Below the pieces are notes generated by a model that ran no database searches, was not told where the DNA came from, and was given only the letters and a program-made list of their open reading frames with translations. DNA of 59,345 bases, filler included, from Sphacelaria rigidula (taxonomy: Eukaryota), in the NCBI GenBank assembly GCA_964200075.2. It is 8 parts of 8 records of this genome, joined end to end, with 100 filler letters (N's around TTAATTAATTAA, not from the genome) between each part and the next. Parts side by side here need not be neighbours in the genome. Positions count along the whole stretch, not along the records: positions 29,726 to 37,055 come from CAXNAA020015411.1; positions 37,156 to 44,485 come from CAXNAA020015412.1; positions 44,586 to 51,915 come from CAXNAA020015413.1; 5 more parts are not named here. The stretch is one strand, 5' to 3'. Shown here in pieces: positions 36,446 through 49,917 of the stretch. Position 1 is the first letter of the stretch, and every line of letters begins with the position of its first letter. The position numbers and the translations under genes were made by a program.

Positions 36446-38119
36446 GAAAAACCGGTGCGATCAAATTCCGCCCGTTCTCACCGGAAAATGTGTGAACAAA
36501 CAGGAAGAAACGCGTTGAGAGAACGAATCTCCAGATTATCTTGTGTGTGAAAGATTCTTCGAAGCACAATCGAAGCAGCGAACGGTAACATCTTTGAATC
36601 GAAACAATATCATGACTGGTTGCATGATTGCTTGTCGAACGTTAAAGTTTCCCCCGGGGATCTAGCCGTGGTCAAATGATGGACGTAACCGGGATGATAT
36701 GTGTATATATTGATAATCGGATTCAAGGGAGATTTCAAACGGGCCGCAACCGCAAAATCAGGCCCTCACACTGTCTAAACCAAAGCGTCTGCTATTTGAA
36801 GCTGCGTTCAGGCCTGGACCGCCTATATCCCTGGTAGCACCTGTGCGCTGTCATGAAGACGTATATTAGCCTGTTGTCATGCCGCTTCAGACTCGTTGTC
36901 GAGTCTGGCTATCTGCATTTAACAGTGGGTCCTAGGAAATGGCGTTGATCCAAATATGGGGTTGAAGTGACATTTCTCTTTTGCAGGGAAGACGCAAAAC
37001 ACTTGCTACCGAGCGAAGCCATCTTCCCCCCCAAATGTCCGCAGCAGATAAACAANNNNNNNNNNNNNNNNNNNNNNNNNNNNNNNNNNNNNNNNNNNNT
37101 TAATTAATTAANNNNNNNNNNNNNNNNNNNNNNNNNNNNNNNNNNNNNNNNNNNNCATTTTGTGCGGCGTGGGAGAACCTCAACTCCGCACAATGGGGAT
37201 GACCATACTACGTAGTGTTTGAATGGTGAGACACCCATGAGGCAGTGCATAAGCCGTGGCTGTCTTCGCAAGTGTCGATACCAGATAATATAGCAACACA
37301 TTGTAAGTTGTCATCCAAATGCAAGATGATCACTAGGGTTCGGGCCTAACAATCTTAGCAGGATGCAGCTCACCCTTCATGCGACTCGCCGAATATATCA
37401 CGGCGTTTCGCGCTTTGTGATTGAGCGCGAGCCTGGTCCGGCGAAACCGGGCATGCCCCGTCCCGGCTTTGTAGGGATGTGAGGTCAATGGTCTAATGGC
37501 TATGGCATGCATGATCGTGAGTACACCCCCCCCACACCCTCGAAATATATCTGGAACAGTAAGATAGGGTCGACATATCTCACTGTATTTTCCCAGGGGT
37601 ATTTTTTCCTCGTAAAATTTTGCAAAATACTATGGGAAAATACGAACCGGAAGAAACGGCCTTGGCGCCTCACATACTCGTATACTTTTGCTATTGTGCC
37701 CATGCTATCTAAGCCACATTTGTAAAGGCCGCAATGTAAGCCACATTCTGATGTACCATCGGAGAATGGTTGAACGGTTGTACGGTGACTCTAGATGTGT
37801 TGAAGTGGTGTTGACCATTCGCACGTCGGACAGCTCGTGACCTAGCTCATCTGCGGGATGTAGCTCACTTCACACCCTAGACAATAGATTGCATTCTCGA
37901 AAGTCTGCTGCGTACAGCGCGGAATCTATTGTGTATTGCAAAAGACGCGGTAGACGAAACCGCACGTAATACTCTTTTTGACAGTGTAACCCGTAGTCCA
38001 GAATGTGGCTCACTTGAAGTAAAACATGTATGTTTGCGCTACGCCCGATATGTCGCCCAGGGCAAACATGCGTTGATAAGCTACGGGCTGGTGGCTCGCC
38101 CGGGACAAACGTCCGTGTC

Positions 38120-38280
38120 TTATACAGCCCTCATAGCTCACCTAGGGCGAACATGTGTAGCTTATGTAGCTCTCATAGCTCACCCAAAGCAATCGTGCGT
38201 AGCTCATGTAGCTCCCACAGCTCTCATAGCTCAGCAGGGAGCTACGCTAAAGAAGAGCTAGCTGCAGCTACAGGGAGCTG
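38120..38280 (+). repeat. Degenerate short tandem repeat (TAGCTC-based)
   Basis: Recurrent CTCATAGCTC / GTAGCTC. Confidence 0.6.
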
Positions 38281-41200
38281 AATTATCCGACGAGTGTAAC
38301 CTTTAGAACGCGAACATCGCCTCGGAACAGGTTCGCCGGCTGATAGTCCAGGGACATCGGGTGGTTCCAAGGGCGCGGGAGGGTGGGTTTTGACAGGGGG
38401 TAGAGGCCAACAACCGGAAAGCTCACAAAGTCAACCATGTGTGTTTGAAGGTTCCCTATTGGAAAATTCTAAGTCAGGAACGAGGCTCGAGAAGAGAGGA
38501 GTGACCAGTTTGACAGCTGTGATTGTTCAGAATGACCGGTACGCCACACCCCAGATGGACTGCAGATAGACTACCTCGTAGCCTAGCTGTATTTCCGGCT
38601 TTGTTCACGACCATTCAACCATAGATAACACGAGGACAAACAACGTGCTCTTTACTCTGCTCGTGGTCTTCGCCTCCTGCCTGACCCCTCTTGTGTTGCC
38701 AGCATAGCTTCACACTGTCTAAGTGTCGTGGGAATACTGAGCAGAGACATCAGCAGCGTTCAGTAGACTGTTCAGTGCAGAGCGATGGCACGCTCACCGT
38801 TTCTTGCCGTTGCATCCAGCGGAGGCATACAACGTACAGACGAGAACTGACTCCGCGCGCACATGACTGCAGGGAAAAATCGGTCAGGGGCTCTCCGGGA
38901 CTGTTTTCTACATGGATGCCCGACATCCACATGTTCAAGACAAAAAGCGTTTCGTGTAGTGAGAAAACAGCTGTTCTGAACCCCGAATCTGGCATAGTCC
39001 GAGTCCATCTTCGGGGGGTTCGCAGTCAAAGGGTTGCGTGAATGTCGGGTGTGTGGGAGGAAGAGAAATCCCCTGGTTGGACAGGGGATACATAAATACC
39101 GTCCCCGGGTTTTTCACTACGGAGGGAATTTTTTGTCCTGACTCGCGCAGTATTTTGCCAAATTATTGCTGGGGTTGCAACGCGCCACATACTCAGCACA
39201 ACGGCACGCACAAGCGGTGTAAAGTTCAAGGAAGGGTTGTGAAAAAATCCCCTTGGTAGACTGACTAAATGGTCAGAGGAGCCTCAAATATGTAAGCCCC
39301 AAATATGTTCACCGCGGTTTCCACCGCAAACGTCAATTTTCATCTTCGGCACTGAGGCGTGTACTATCACAAACAATTACAAGTTGCGGGTGTATTTCTG
39401 TGTCGAATGCCCCTTGGGAACGTTCATCAGCATCGAAATACTATCGGAAAATAAATGCGAGTGCACTCGCCGGCCGTGATATGTGGCCTCGCCCATCTTC
39501 AGAAGAATCCGTCCGCAATTTGTATAATCCCGTGTTAAGGTACGACACTGTAACGTTTCATGTAGCGTGACTTGGTACGAGAGGTTCACGGTCGCTGCCT
39601 TCTTCAAGCGTGAGGCGCGTTCTGATTGCTATTCTGACATTGTAAGCATGGTTTTCAGGTATAGTGTATCGTTCATGCGTCCCTCACTCTCACGTTGCAA
39701 TTCTGAAGAAATACATAAGTACATTCTTGATGCACGATGATCAGACTGTGAGATACCATGATGCGCGCAGGCCATGATGTACGCATACAAACGCAAGCAT
39801 GTACAGATCATACCTTGGTGATACCTGGTAGTCGGTTGGCATTACGTAGAACATCAAAACATAGCAATTTGATTCTGTGTTGTTATAGTTAACCATTTTG
39901 GAACTCACAATGCAAAATTAATCATTTGCAATTGACGGTTTTTGAGCAAGAACTGGTTGATGGTTCACAGCTTAGACGCAACAGTTTTGGCCCAACGCGT
40001 ATTTTTCACACCCGTGCGAGTGACAAGTGGAACAAGGGAAGGTTTGCTATTTTCTTGCTGCGGCGAGGTCCAGGACCCGTCGGCGTTTTTTGTCTACACT
40101 CATGAGCTTTTTTCCCAGCCACAGTGCGCGGCAATGAAAAGTGCTTCCCGCCTGACCTGCACGTCCTTCCCGCTGCAGTTTATACTCTTTGCAGCGCCAT
40201 AGCAAGAAGGGCAACGCCGATGGCACATTCGCCATCTTCGTGAACTGGCCGTGTAATACAATCCCAGGCGGTCACCTTTCCATGCCGCCGGGGGTGCTGC
40301 GATACTGCCCTGTACAGCACTGGGTGTGTTTACAGCAGTTTGGGGTAATGTCGACTGCCCACAAATGTCATGCACAACATCGCGCTCATGCACGTTCCAA
40401 CAACACCATCCCGCCGTCTGAAAAAATGCGTAAAGGCGACGCAGACGCCATGTGCCCTGCAGTTATGCACCGTCACTGTGGTGTAGAGTCTGCCAAGTGC
40501 CGTCGCCCCAGGGGTGATGCCTTGCTGCTTCGTGTTGTGTCTGTATTATATTTTGAAAACATATCGTATTTTGGAAAAATCTCTGTAAAACGCAAGGCAT
40601 GCACAGAACTGCGCTCTGCCAAGCACGTGCCGACAACACCTTACTACGGGTTGACTATTACACAACGGCGTGCGAAAAACACAGTTGCCCCACCACATCT
40701 ATACGGCAGGTTGATCGTTCCCGACCGTTGCACAGGCATACTTCATGCTGCATGAGATTGATGACGCCGGCTACCGCTATCGTCTCGTGCCGTCTACTCT
40801 CGTGGCCGACTTTTCACATGCTTATATTTATCTTGCACGGAGTGTAGCCGCAAGTCAATAGTGTAACGTACTGTGATTACTGTCTGTAAAACATTCCATT
40901 CAAAAAACAGCAATGGGTTCCAGGGTCCAACCAAGCACGTCGGTATATCGCCACTTGTATATATGGGAAGCACCGCTTTGACGGGCTGCAGCATCGGGTG
41001 GCGAGTTTGCCAAGCCACACCGTACATAGAGCATAATATGGCTGAATCCAGCGAAATCCCGTCACCAAATGTGGAAGGCGCAGTGGGTTGTGCGGGCGGT
41101 ACATGGCGGGCGTGATCGCAGGCGTCCGCACAGGCGATACACATGCACACGGGAGGAAGCCAATGGGTACCGCCTACCGTAATCAGGCCAGATGAAAACA

Positions 41201-44200
41201 CTACTGGTAGCTCAAAACCGAGGAGTTTTGGCATATCAGTTGTTCTAGCAGCCGCAGGGAAGAGAACCTGGCCGTTGGATGATGGATCTTAGCCGAGGTG
41301 ACCGCTGGAAAATGACTTTGGGGTAGGTGTTACTGTAGCGAGGCCGCGATGTTGGAGAGGGCTGCGTACTCAAGACGTGAACCCGAGGGCGTTCTATTCG
41401 TCGATCAAGGAAATTCCAACCAGCATAAAAATGTTCTGACGTACTCGCATAGTGTCAACCAATTATAGATGATCCAAGGATGATCACCTCGTGTCCGCTT
41501 AGGCAGTGCCCGCGTCCGAACAACTGTCGAGGGGTAATCTCTAAAGGTCGGCATACTGCACATCAACACAGGTAGAAGCGACAAATGAGAATCTTGTGAA
41601 GATGGTGTCGCTATAGAAAGTAGCTAACAAGTCACAGTTCTGTATTCTTTTTCCGTGCTGGTATCATCTGTTCCAATTGAATCCGACCTCACGGTCGACG
41701 AGAGAAAGGTAGTTCTCTCAGGGGCATCTTAGAGGTATCCGTGTGGAAAATAAAAAAGTAGTGGTGGTGGTGGTGGTGACCCCTTGTCATTCGACGGACC
41801 ACACCCTTGCACTTTTTCAAATATAGTGTCCTTCACGGATGGTGGGACACGCGCACAAAAACGTTGGAATAGTACATCTCTGTCAATACGGAAGCAAAAT
41901 AAACGTATGGCATATCAAATTAATGATCTCCTTAATCACAAATACATCCACACGTGTGTTTTTGTCACCGTTTCCTGTGCGTTCAGAAATTGTGGCCTAT
42001 CGTCCCAGGGGTTATGCTACATGCATTTCGTATACTCCCTCGAACCTCTTTTTCAAAATTCGAGGAAACTTCCGAATCTGTGCTTATCCGACAAAATAAA
42101 CGGTGTTTTGATACACATCAGTCTACCCCTTGCACTGGGCTCAACGCACACCCGCAACCGTGCTGAGTATGCCACATATCGCACGAGTACTTCTCGTCCT
42201 CATTGCTGTCTCAACGGTGGCGCAAAATTCAAATGCAAAATAACTGCGAAATACCCCGATCACGCGGCACTCCGTCTGGCCGTGCTGGCCGGGGCAGAGA
42301 TCGTTCTCCGCCACCACTCCGGTTGCCTCCACTGGTGGACCAAAACTCATCGCCGTCGGTGGTCCTCGTCGGCGTGACTCCCAGCACTCCGTGGTCGGTC
42401 GGTCATTTACGTCTACACCTCTTAACCGAGAGAGTTTACGTGCGGAGCGTATGTCTCTCATGGGTCGACAGCAAGATTATTTGCCCAGTACTGGTCAACG
42501 GCAGCAACAGCGCCAACAATCCGCCAGGGATCGCAGAAGCGCTAACCTTCGCACAAGGCGACAAGCGATGAGGTGTGTTGTCCGATTTTAAACGTAGATT
42601 CACGATATAATACACAGCCGTACTACAGTACACTGGGCAGTACATGCGGTAGATATATTGATTCGCATACCACTCCGTACAATGTTTTGACGGATACTGC
42701 TGTATCAGAGAACTACGATGAGGTATGTTTTCCAATTACCCTGTTGTGCAACACAGTCGTACTGCAGTCCAGCAGGATACTGCTGTATCAGAGAGCGCCG
42801 ATGAGGTGTGTTCTCAAATTACCATGCTGTGCTACACAGTCGTACTGCAGTACAGCAGTACTGCAGTACATACCATAGATACACAATAGTCTACAACTTT
42901 CGACTAACAACTCTCGCACCTCCTCCCATCCTCTCTTCCTCCTGCTTCGTGTCGTCACCACCTTGCATTGCTATGCAGGAGCTACCTACTACGCACAAGC
43001 GCTGAGCTCAAGATCAACCTCAGCACCAACGTCGTCTCCTGCCCACGACATTCTTCGACTTCGCTTCTCGTGAATTGCAGAGCGCGATACCCGTACGGAG
43101 TTCTCTCATACAGCGCGTGTCTGATGGCGTTTGTGCCTTCTGTCCTTCGTTTGCAAGGTTATAAGTACGTACCCGAATATCTTGCACGGGGTTCGCGTCT
43201 CCTGCAGCAGGCACCTGCTGACTTTTGTGTCCTCTCTGTACGGGAGGCTTTTTTTTTTTGCCTTGTTTTCGTAATCAATCACGTATCACAACGAGTGTAG
43301 CCCGTACCTGTCTCCTCTCTTTCCAATTGTAAGGGTTTACCACCCTCCTTCTCCTTTGGTTTACCGAGGTTTTCAGTTCTTTTCCTTGGAGTTGGTGTGG
43401 ACTTGTCGTCGGTGCGAATTACACTTCTCCTGGTATGCTCTACAGAGTCGATTGTTGTGCTTACAGATGTCTTTGCACGTAATATGCGCCTCCTACGGTG
43501 TCATCTATCTTGCGCATCCGCTTTGCCTGCGATAGAACCGCGCCTACACTATTCTTACCTCTGCTGTTTTTGCCATGTGTACTTACTAGTACTTGGCCTT
43601 TCAGTGTCTTCCTTGTTTTTTCTTGGCTTTCCGCTTTCCACCTCTTGTCGTAGGACTGAAGTCGCACCTTTTCCTTTCTTGCTGTGTCGGATGTGGCGTG
43701 CATGCAGGAAGACCACTTATAGTGAGACACAACTTGTTCTTGTGCTGCAGCTGTTGGTGCTTCATGTAGTCATACACTACTTCAGCCGTTGTCGGTCCTG
43801 TGTTTGACTACATGCAGCACGTTGCTGCTCATCATGGGGTCTGGTTAACACGCGACTTTCATACATATGTAGACTATGCACTTCGTCTTTACTGCGGGGA
43901 TCGCATCTGTCTGAGATTTTTTTCTCAGTTCTTCCCTTGCATCGGGTATCCTTTGCAATACTCCTCTTTGCGCCAACACATTTCCAATAATGCTCACCAC
44001 CTTCCTATCTACCACTTCTTTTCGGACACCATCGCCGCATATCTGCTACCACCACCTCTCCTCATAATATCCGACTGGGTGCATATAATTTTTCATTTTC
44101 CTTTCATTAGCACAGACTACATCCATCTTCTTCTCCCTACACTCTACACCGGACGATTCAAGGGGGGAAGGGGGGGCGGGGGGACACTGAGAGAACAGCA

Positions 44201-44585
44201 CGCCGCCTGCCACGAGCGTGCCTTTAAAATGCTGAACCCCTCTGGTGATGAAGAAAAATAAGGGAAGCATCGCAGCAGGAAGGTGAAGAGCTAGAACGAA
44301 TAAAAAAAAAAAAACTCCTGTGTTGGCCTTCCTCCTGTGTGACGCCGTAAGGTGTAGACCGGCGTCCAAAACAGTACAGTACAGTACCTACTATGGTCAT
44401 CATCCATCTGATCGGGGGGGTACCTACCCATCCGAAATGGGGTACCCCACCCGCCGCCCCCCCCCCCCCCCCCCCCCCCCCGCCCNNNNNNNNNNNNNNN
44501 NNNNNNNNNNNNNNNNNNNNNNNNNNNNNTTAATTAATTAANNNNNNNNNNNNNNNNNNNNNNNNNNNNNNNNNNNNNNNNNNNN

Positions 44586-47137
44586 CGCGCATGTGCGCAC
44601 AAATCATCAAGCGTACCTGCAACTGCTTGTCAGAACTCGGAATCCACAAAACGTTTCGACCACGCACATGCACACGAAACAGACCTTCATTGTCCAAGAT
44701 AGCAGTACCAACATCCGACTCGAAAGATTGCACATCCGCATCCTCAGCTCCAAGGGCTTTTCGTTGCGCTTGGCGGACAGCAGATTTGGACGGCATCGAG
44801 TCATCAGGTTCGCACGGATCATACACTGCCACAGTGCGCGCAGGCAAAGTGGGAATATTTACCCATCGCGACAGCAAGTCACCCCACGCGTTACGCTCAC
44901 CCGAAATTTGACAAATCGTGTATCGATACTGTCCTAATACTCCTTTCCACCCCTCCAATCGCTGTGCCAACGCCTTCGACACAGACGTCACGCATGCCTC
45001 CAGGTTGAAAATGTACGCTAGATTTCGGTGATCCGTGAAAATGTGTACGCCATTCCACAATAGATGCTCGAGACGACAAAAAGTGCTCACGATGGGGAAA
45101 CCTTCCTTGTCAATGGTTGCCCAACGCATCTGTGAACCCTTGAAATTATCACTCAGAAAAGCCAGCGGTTCATGCGTCATGTCTTCAACCGGCAACCGTT
45201 GTTGCATTTCTACATCAAGCACCTGCGTTACAAAACTACCCCAATGACACTCGGATGCATCCGGGAACATCAGCACCTGGCAACCGGGGTGGGGATGGAA
45301 CAGCGTCACGGCGGGAGCCACCAGATCCTTCGCTGCTGCCCATGCCTATAGTCTGTCCTCTTGTCCATGAGTCGGGTGGAATAGCACGAGGTTTTGCCAC
45401 CCGCTTCGTGCGCCTTGCTGACCCCACCATGAGTTCCTCTAGAAACCTGCGGAAGGGCGCCACTATTTCAGCCATACGTGGCAACGAGGTACGCAACCAG
45501 TTCATTGCGTGCAGGAATTGCATTAGTTCTGCGGCTATCTCTGGACGCCGCATGTCAGACAAACCTTGCAAGCGGACCGGGGCATGCGAGACGCGGCCGT
45601 GTGAATATACTTTCCCACACCACACCAGTTCACTAGCAAGAAAGGTACCCTTGTGGGCAGCTGCAAACATACCAACATTCTCTAAGCGAGCCAAGATTGC
45701 ATCAAACGTATCCAACAGTTCGTCTTCCGTATCCGCGAAGAAAAAGACATCATCCACCCAAATCTTGCGTTTCAAGCCATCGAAAAGATCTACCATGACA
45801 CCTTGAAAATATGAAGTAGCATTCAACACACCTTGCGGTACTCTTTGCGGGGTAAACATGCCAAACGGAGTCGTGATGGTGAATATTTCTTGCGCCTCTT
45901 CGGTCAACGGCATCTGCCAGTACCCTTGTAGGAGGTCCAACTTACCGGAGCATCGCGCACTCAACAGGTCTATCATGTCGGATTCCTGATTAGGCATGAC
46001 ACCCGGCGACTTCTCCACCTGATCATTGACGGCTCCGTAATCGCTAACAAGACGGAAAGAGTCTTTCTTCGGCACCGCCATCACTGGACTGGACCACACC
46101 GCCTGTAGATTCCTGAACACCAACCCAAACGCCACAAGAGCTCCCACGCAAGAAACTAGCCAACTGGACTTCACCGGATCATACTTCCTCGGGTTTGCCT
46201 TCACCGCGGCCGCCCCTGGCTTCAGTGTAACCCTCATGGGTTCCACGCGCGCAGGGGGATCACCCCTCAGCGCACGACGAAACGCATTAACGTGGTGATA
46301 CAGTATGCCACGCAAGCGCTCCGCTTGTGAGACGTTGAAGCCATTTTCCACCGCATCCGTCACGCTTTCCTCAAGCGCAGCCTTTCGCGCGGACTCTTCT
46401 CCCGCCAGCTCCATAAGCATATCGGGGCTGCGCTCCACCAAGCGTTCCACCGCCTCATCACGCTCCTCGGACACCTGCCCCCCCGCCTCCTGGAGAGCAT
46501 CAACCGACAAGCTCACTCTGCAACTGGCCAAAAAAGCAGGCGTCTCGACACTCGAACCGGACGACGGCATTTGCGTTTTCAGGGACCCCAACAACCGATC
46601 ATACGGATCGACTCCAAGTCCCCGAAGCGTCGGTAGGCCCAACAAAACGACACCATCCGTCCCAGGCATGATCGCAAACGATGTTGGGGGTAATTTTGCT
46701 GGCCCCCAAGTAGTCAGGAACGCCAACTGTAAGGGAATCGTACGCTCCGTCACATTTATACGTTGCCCCGATGCGGTGATGGCCTGCCGCGCCCCGAGCG
46801 AGAACGGAATTCGGATTTGCTCACCGGGGAGTAGACGCTCCAGCATCCCCACAATTAGCACCAACATGCTCGTGAAGTGGGCACCTGAATCCAACACCGC
46901 TTTGACCGAAATCGCTCCCCGCGCCTGTTGATCGGGCAGATATAACTCGGCAGGGACATAACTGTCTTGGTCCTCGACCGACACCTGTTCCGCCGACTGA
47001 TTGTTCGTAATCCCCACTTGGCGCCACGGCTGCGCGCGCGACGCAGGCAGAGACGCCCCCGCTAGGGTCACCGGCACCGCCGGAGGGTACGAAGCCCCGC
47101 CCGCAGAACCAAATTGCAGCGGTACCTCGGCCGGCAC
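44586..47137 (-). pseudogene. Pol (aspartic protease, RT, RNase H, start of integrase linker), disrupted
   Basis: VLDSGA; FRLVSDY, KLDLLQGYWQM, VPQGVLNA, WVDDV; FPDASECHWG, IFTDHRNL, NAWGDLLSR. Compared with the copy at ~14190, there is a 1-nt insertion and a CAG>TAG stop near 45345-45360. Confidence 0.92.
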
Positions 47138-48296
47138 AGCAGCCGATCCAAATTGAAGCTGAAAACCGAGCCGTTGTCTCGCCTTGCTCTGCTGCCGGCG
47201 GCGCCGGCACCGAGCCCGACACTAAAGAGGTCGGTCCCACTTGCACCGCCCGTTGCGGAGCAGCAGCCCCTGCGGCTGAGCCAAACCCAGAACCGGACCC
47301 CTGCTGACGCCGCTGCCCCTGCTGCCCCTGCTGCCCCTGCTGCTGCTGCTGCTGCTGCTGCTGGGAAGTCGACTGTGCACCTCCACCGCTGGAGGATCCG
47401 CCGCCGCCGCCACCACGACTACCGGGTCTTTTTCCTTTGTGAGGGCGCGCGGCACTCGTCTGCCCAGACTCTTCTCCTTCAGAAGGCGTTGGGCACCTCC
47501 GTGCGATATGACCGACCTGGCCACACTGAAAGCAAGTTAAATTGGAGGCGGCACTGCCTGCGGATTTCGACCCGCGGTAACGCGAGCTCAAAGACTGCGG
47601 CGACGAAGTGGATGATTTTCCGAATACTTCGACGCGCCGCCATGCCTGAGCTTCAGCCACCGCGGTATCCATGACTAAATACGGGTCCGACTTCCAATTT
47701 GTTTCGTGCTGTAACGGTACAAGCACAGCCTGCTTAAATTCCGCCGGTGCCAGACCCTCCACCATCGCTTTGGTGACCACCGCAGCGGGCCCTGGGCGAA
47801 ATTTCCCATCAGACGAACGATAAAGCACCTTTAGGTCGGAAGTTTCCGCAAAAGACGTTTCCAACTTACCCATTATGGGCTCCACCCTCTCACGCATGGT
47901 CCTCCCCTTGTGGTTCATTGCGATAGCCTTCGCCACGGCGGCGGACGCCTGAGTAAGCTCTACCTCCGCTCCTGCCGCATGTCCTACGTGCTTTTTTATC
48001 GCTGCGGCCAACTGCAGCGGCGTTATAGTATGTTTTTCGTGGAACCTTCTCGCGAAGACGCGTTGTAAGGGGGTAGGCACTAATTGCGCCATAGAAACCA
48101 CCTGATGCCTCACCGCACCCCCTGCATTCGCATGCTCCACCCTCATTTTGTATTCCATGTATCTCGTGTAAAACAATGGAGAGGCACCCTCAGAATACAC
48201 ACTCCCGTAACTGGGCGGCCGCAACTTTTCCCTTAGAACGACTGGGGTTACGGCTGTTTTCGCTGGCTTTGCTGCCGGTACCTCCGTGGTCGACAT
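46821..48296 (-). CDS. Gag with CCHC zinc knuckle and poly-Gln tract
   Basis: 491-aa ATG ORF containing CFQCGQVGHIARRC (CX2CX4HX4C). The homologous part probably ends near 47160, where the pol frame takes over. Confidence 0.85.
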   Translation of the reverse strand: MSTTEVPAAKPAKTAVTPVVLREKLRPPSYGSVYSEGASPLFYTRYMEYKMRVEHANAGGAVRHQVVSMAQLVPTPLQRVFARRFHEKHTITPLQLAAAIKKHVGHAAGAEVELTQASAAVAKAIAMNHKGRTMRERVEPIMGKLETSFAETSDLKVLYRSSDGKFRPGPAAVVTKAMVEGLAPAEFKQAVLVPLQHETNWKSDPYLVMDTAVAEAQAWRRVEVFGKSSTSSPQSLSSRYRGSKSAGSAASNLTCFQCGQVGHIARRCPTPSEGEESGQTSAARPHKGKRPGSRGGGGGGSSSGGGAQSTSQQQQQQQQQGQQGQQGQRRQQGSGSGFGSAAGAAAPQRAVQVGPTSLVSGSVPAPPAAEQGETTARFSASIWIGCCAGRGTAAIWFCGRGFVPSGGAGDPSGGVSACVARAAVAPSGDYEQSVGGTGVGRGPRQLCPCRVISARSTGAGSDFGQSGVGFRCPLHEHVGANCGDAGASTPR

Positions 48297-48607
48297 TCTC
48301 GAGCGGAAAATCGAAGATTTGTTAAACCTTCTCGACCTTCAGATCACACCTGCCTTCTTCGCCGCTCCACACAGCCCTGGGGTCCTATAAACACCCGCTG
48401 TACGCAGCTCCAGCAAGTCTCCAGTCTGGATCAATCACGGGCCAACCGCCTTTGCAGCTACCTCTGCTTGAAACCTCCTCACGCGTCCGTGAAGCTCTGT
48501 GCCCGACGCTAATCACAAGCTGTCCAGTCGTCTCCCTGCTGAAAATGTCAGCAGCCTCAAACGATAGCATCTACTAGCACTCCCAGCACTAGCGCTAATA
48601 TCGATAT

Positions 48608-48842
48608 TGTGACGCTGGCAGGTTGCTAGTACTGCAGCGCCTAAATGCTGTTGAGGGACTCCCCAGCTCCACTGGCCTCAAGGTCTCAGTTGTCAGCCTT
48701 CACAACACCTCATCATTATTCGCAGTGAACACCTGCAACCCCGTACCATCAGGCCTGGGCTTACACAGCAAGGGTCATCATCCACAGGATGACCGTGTCC
48801 CCTGGTCATCATCCAGGATCCACTATATACTCAACCGTGACG
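48608..48842 (-). repeat. Putative 5' LTR (~235 bp)
   Basis: Minus strand 5'-CGTCACGG...GCGTCACA-3' (TG...CA-like inverted termini, first base variant), ~310 bp upstream of the gag ATG. No second LTR is available to confirm it. Confidence 0.5.
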
Positions 48843-49917
48843 GCGTGATTTCGCCGCAGCCACCTACTACTGTGAGCTCTCATACGCCGACTAAAGTACT
48901 ACCGCAAGTTTGATGTTTAGTGTGGTGATAGGAGAAGAGTCTACGATGTTGATTTTAGTTCCCATCGTCGTTACATGAGTAGCCTAGATGCTTTGCAAAT
49001 CGTGTCAACCAGTTCTTTCGGACGATGAGGTATTTGGTGTTTGGTGCTTGTGCAGTCACTTCCCGTGATCGTACGATGTGGGAGGGCAGGAAAAAAAGTG
49101 CTTAGAGCCACTTACTTATTGTACGAAGGCGCTACCTTGAAATGCCGCTGTGAGCAAAAGCATTCACATAAGTGCTGTTGTTCTTAATATCAATTTCCGT
49201 GTCAAACCCCTTCACACCGTTTCCACCTAATATCGAAGTCCATAACTAGCGTGTGAGGTCGTGTAACTCACTCGTGACCCATTTTTCGTACAACCAAACC
49301 CCCCCCCCCCCCACTATTGTGGGACCTGTGCCCTAAGTGAAGCCCGTTACGTTCATACGGACCCTTGATCGTGTCTGATACCTCAGGCGAAAACTGTATT
49401 GAAATCTTCATGGTTTGAGTGGCAAATATTTTGATTCTCACGCATTTCTCTACATGGGCGAACGGCCGAAAACAGTCAGTCGACCCGAATATGGCGGTGA
49501 GGCGCCCGTACTCCAGAGAAGGAAAACACGTGAGAAGAATGATCGCCTCTGCTTGCTGGCTGTCCAGAGCGCCGCGGTTTTTGTTCGAGTGAAAAGCGAG
49601 GGTCGCCTACTCCGACGTTTTTCTAAGAGGCCGAGCTCGCCAACGTCATGTATCTGAGCCTTACAGTTTCTGCCGTAGTGGGATCAGGTACTCGGGTCAA
49701 ACGACGTTGGGCTTGGTGAGTGGACCTAGAACGTACGCCCTATGGCACCCTTGAGTTGCCTGGTGTAACGCCAGCGCTATCTCCACCGCCATGGCGTATC
49801 GGCGGCCCTATGATACTTCGGCGGCCTGCGTACGAAATGAGGGTACGCGCACAGGAGGGCTCACCGTGGTTGTGGTGGGTAGTTGGCGATCAAATATGGA
49901 ATTTCCAAATGAAAGGA

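Larger units (their letters stand above)
44586..48842 (-). mobile_element. Ty3/Gypsy LTR retrotransposon: 5' LTR, gag, protease, RT, RNase H; integrase and 3' LTR lost at contig end
   Basis: Domain order PR-RT-RH-(IN start) is the Gypsy order; see component features. Confidence 0.95.

Noticed and set aside
39370..44260. Scattered ORFs up to 197 aa
   Set aside because: No motif, splice chain or repeat structure I can support.
45255..47674. Plus-strand ORFs of 183, 208 and 186 aa
   Set aside because: Antisense shadows of the GC-rich gag/pol.
13300..48842. Two opposed Gypsy copies as a giant inverted structure
   Set aside because: They lie on different contigs joined artificially.
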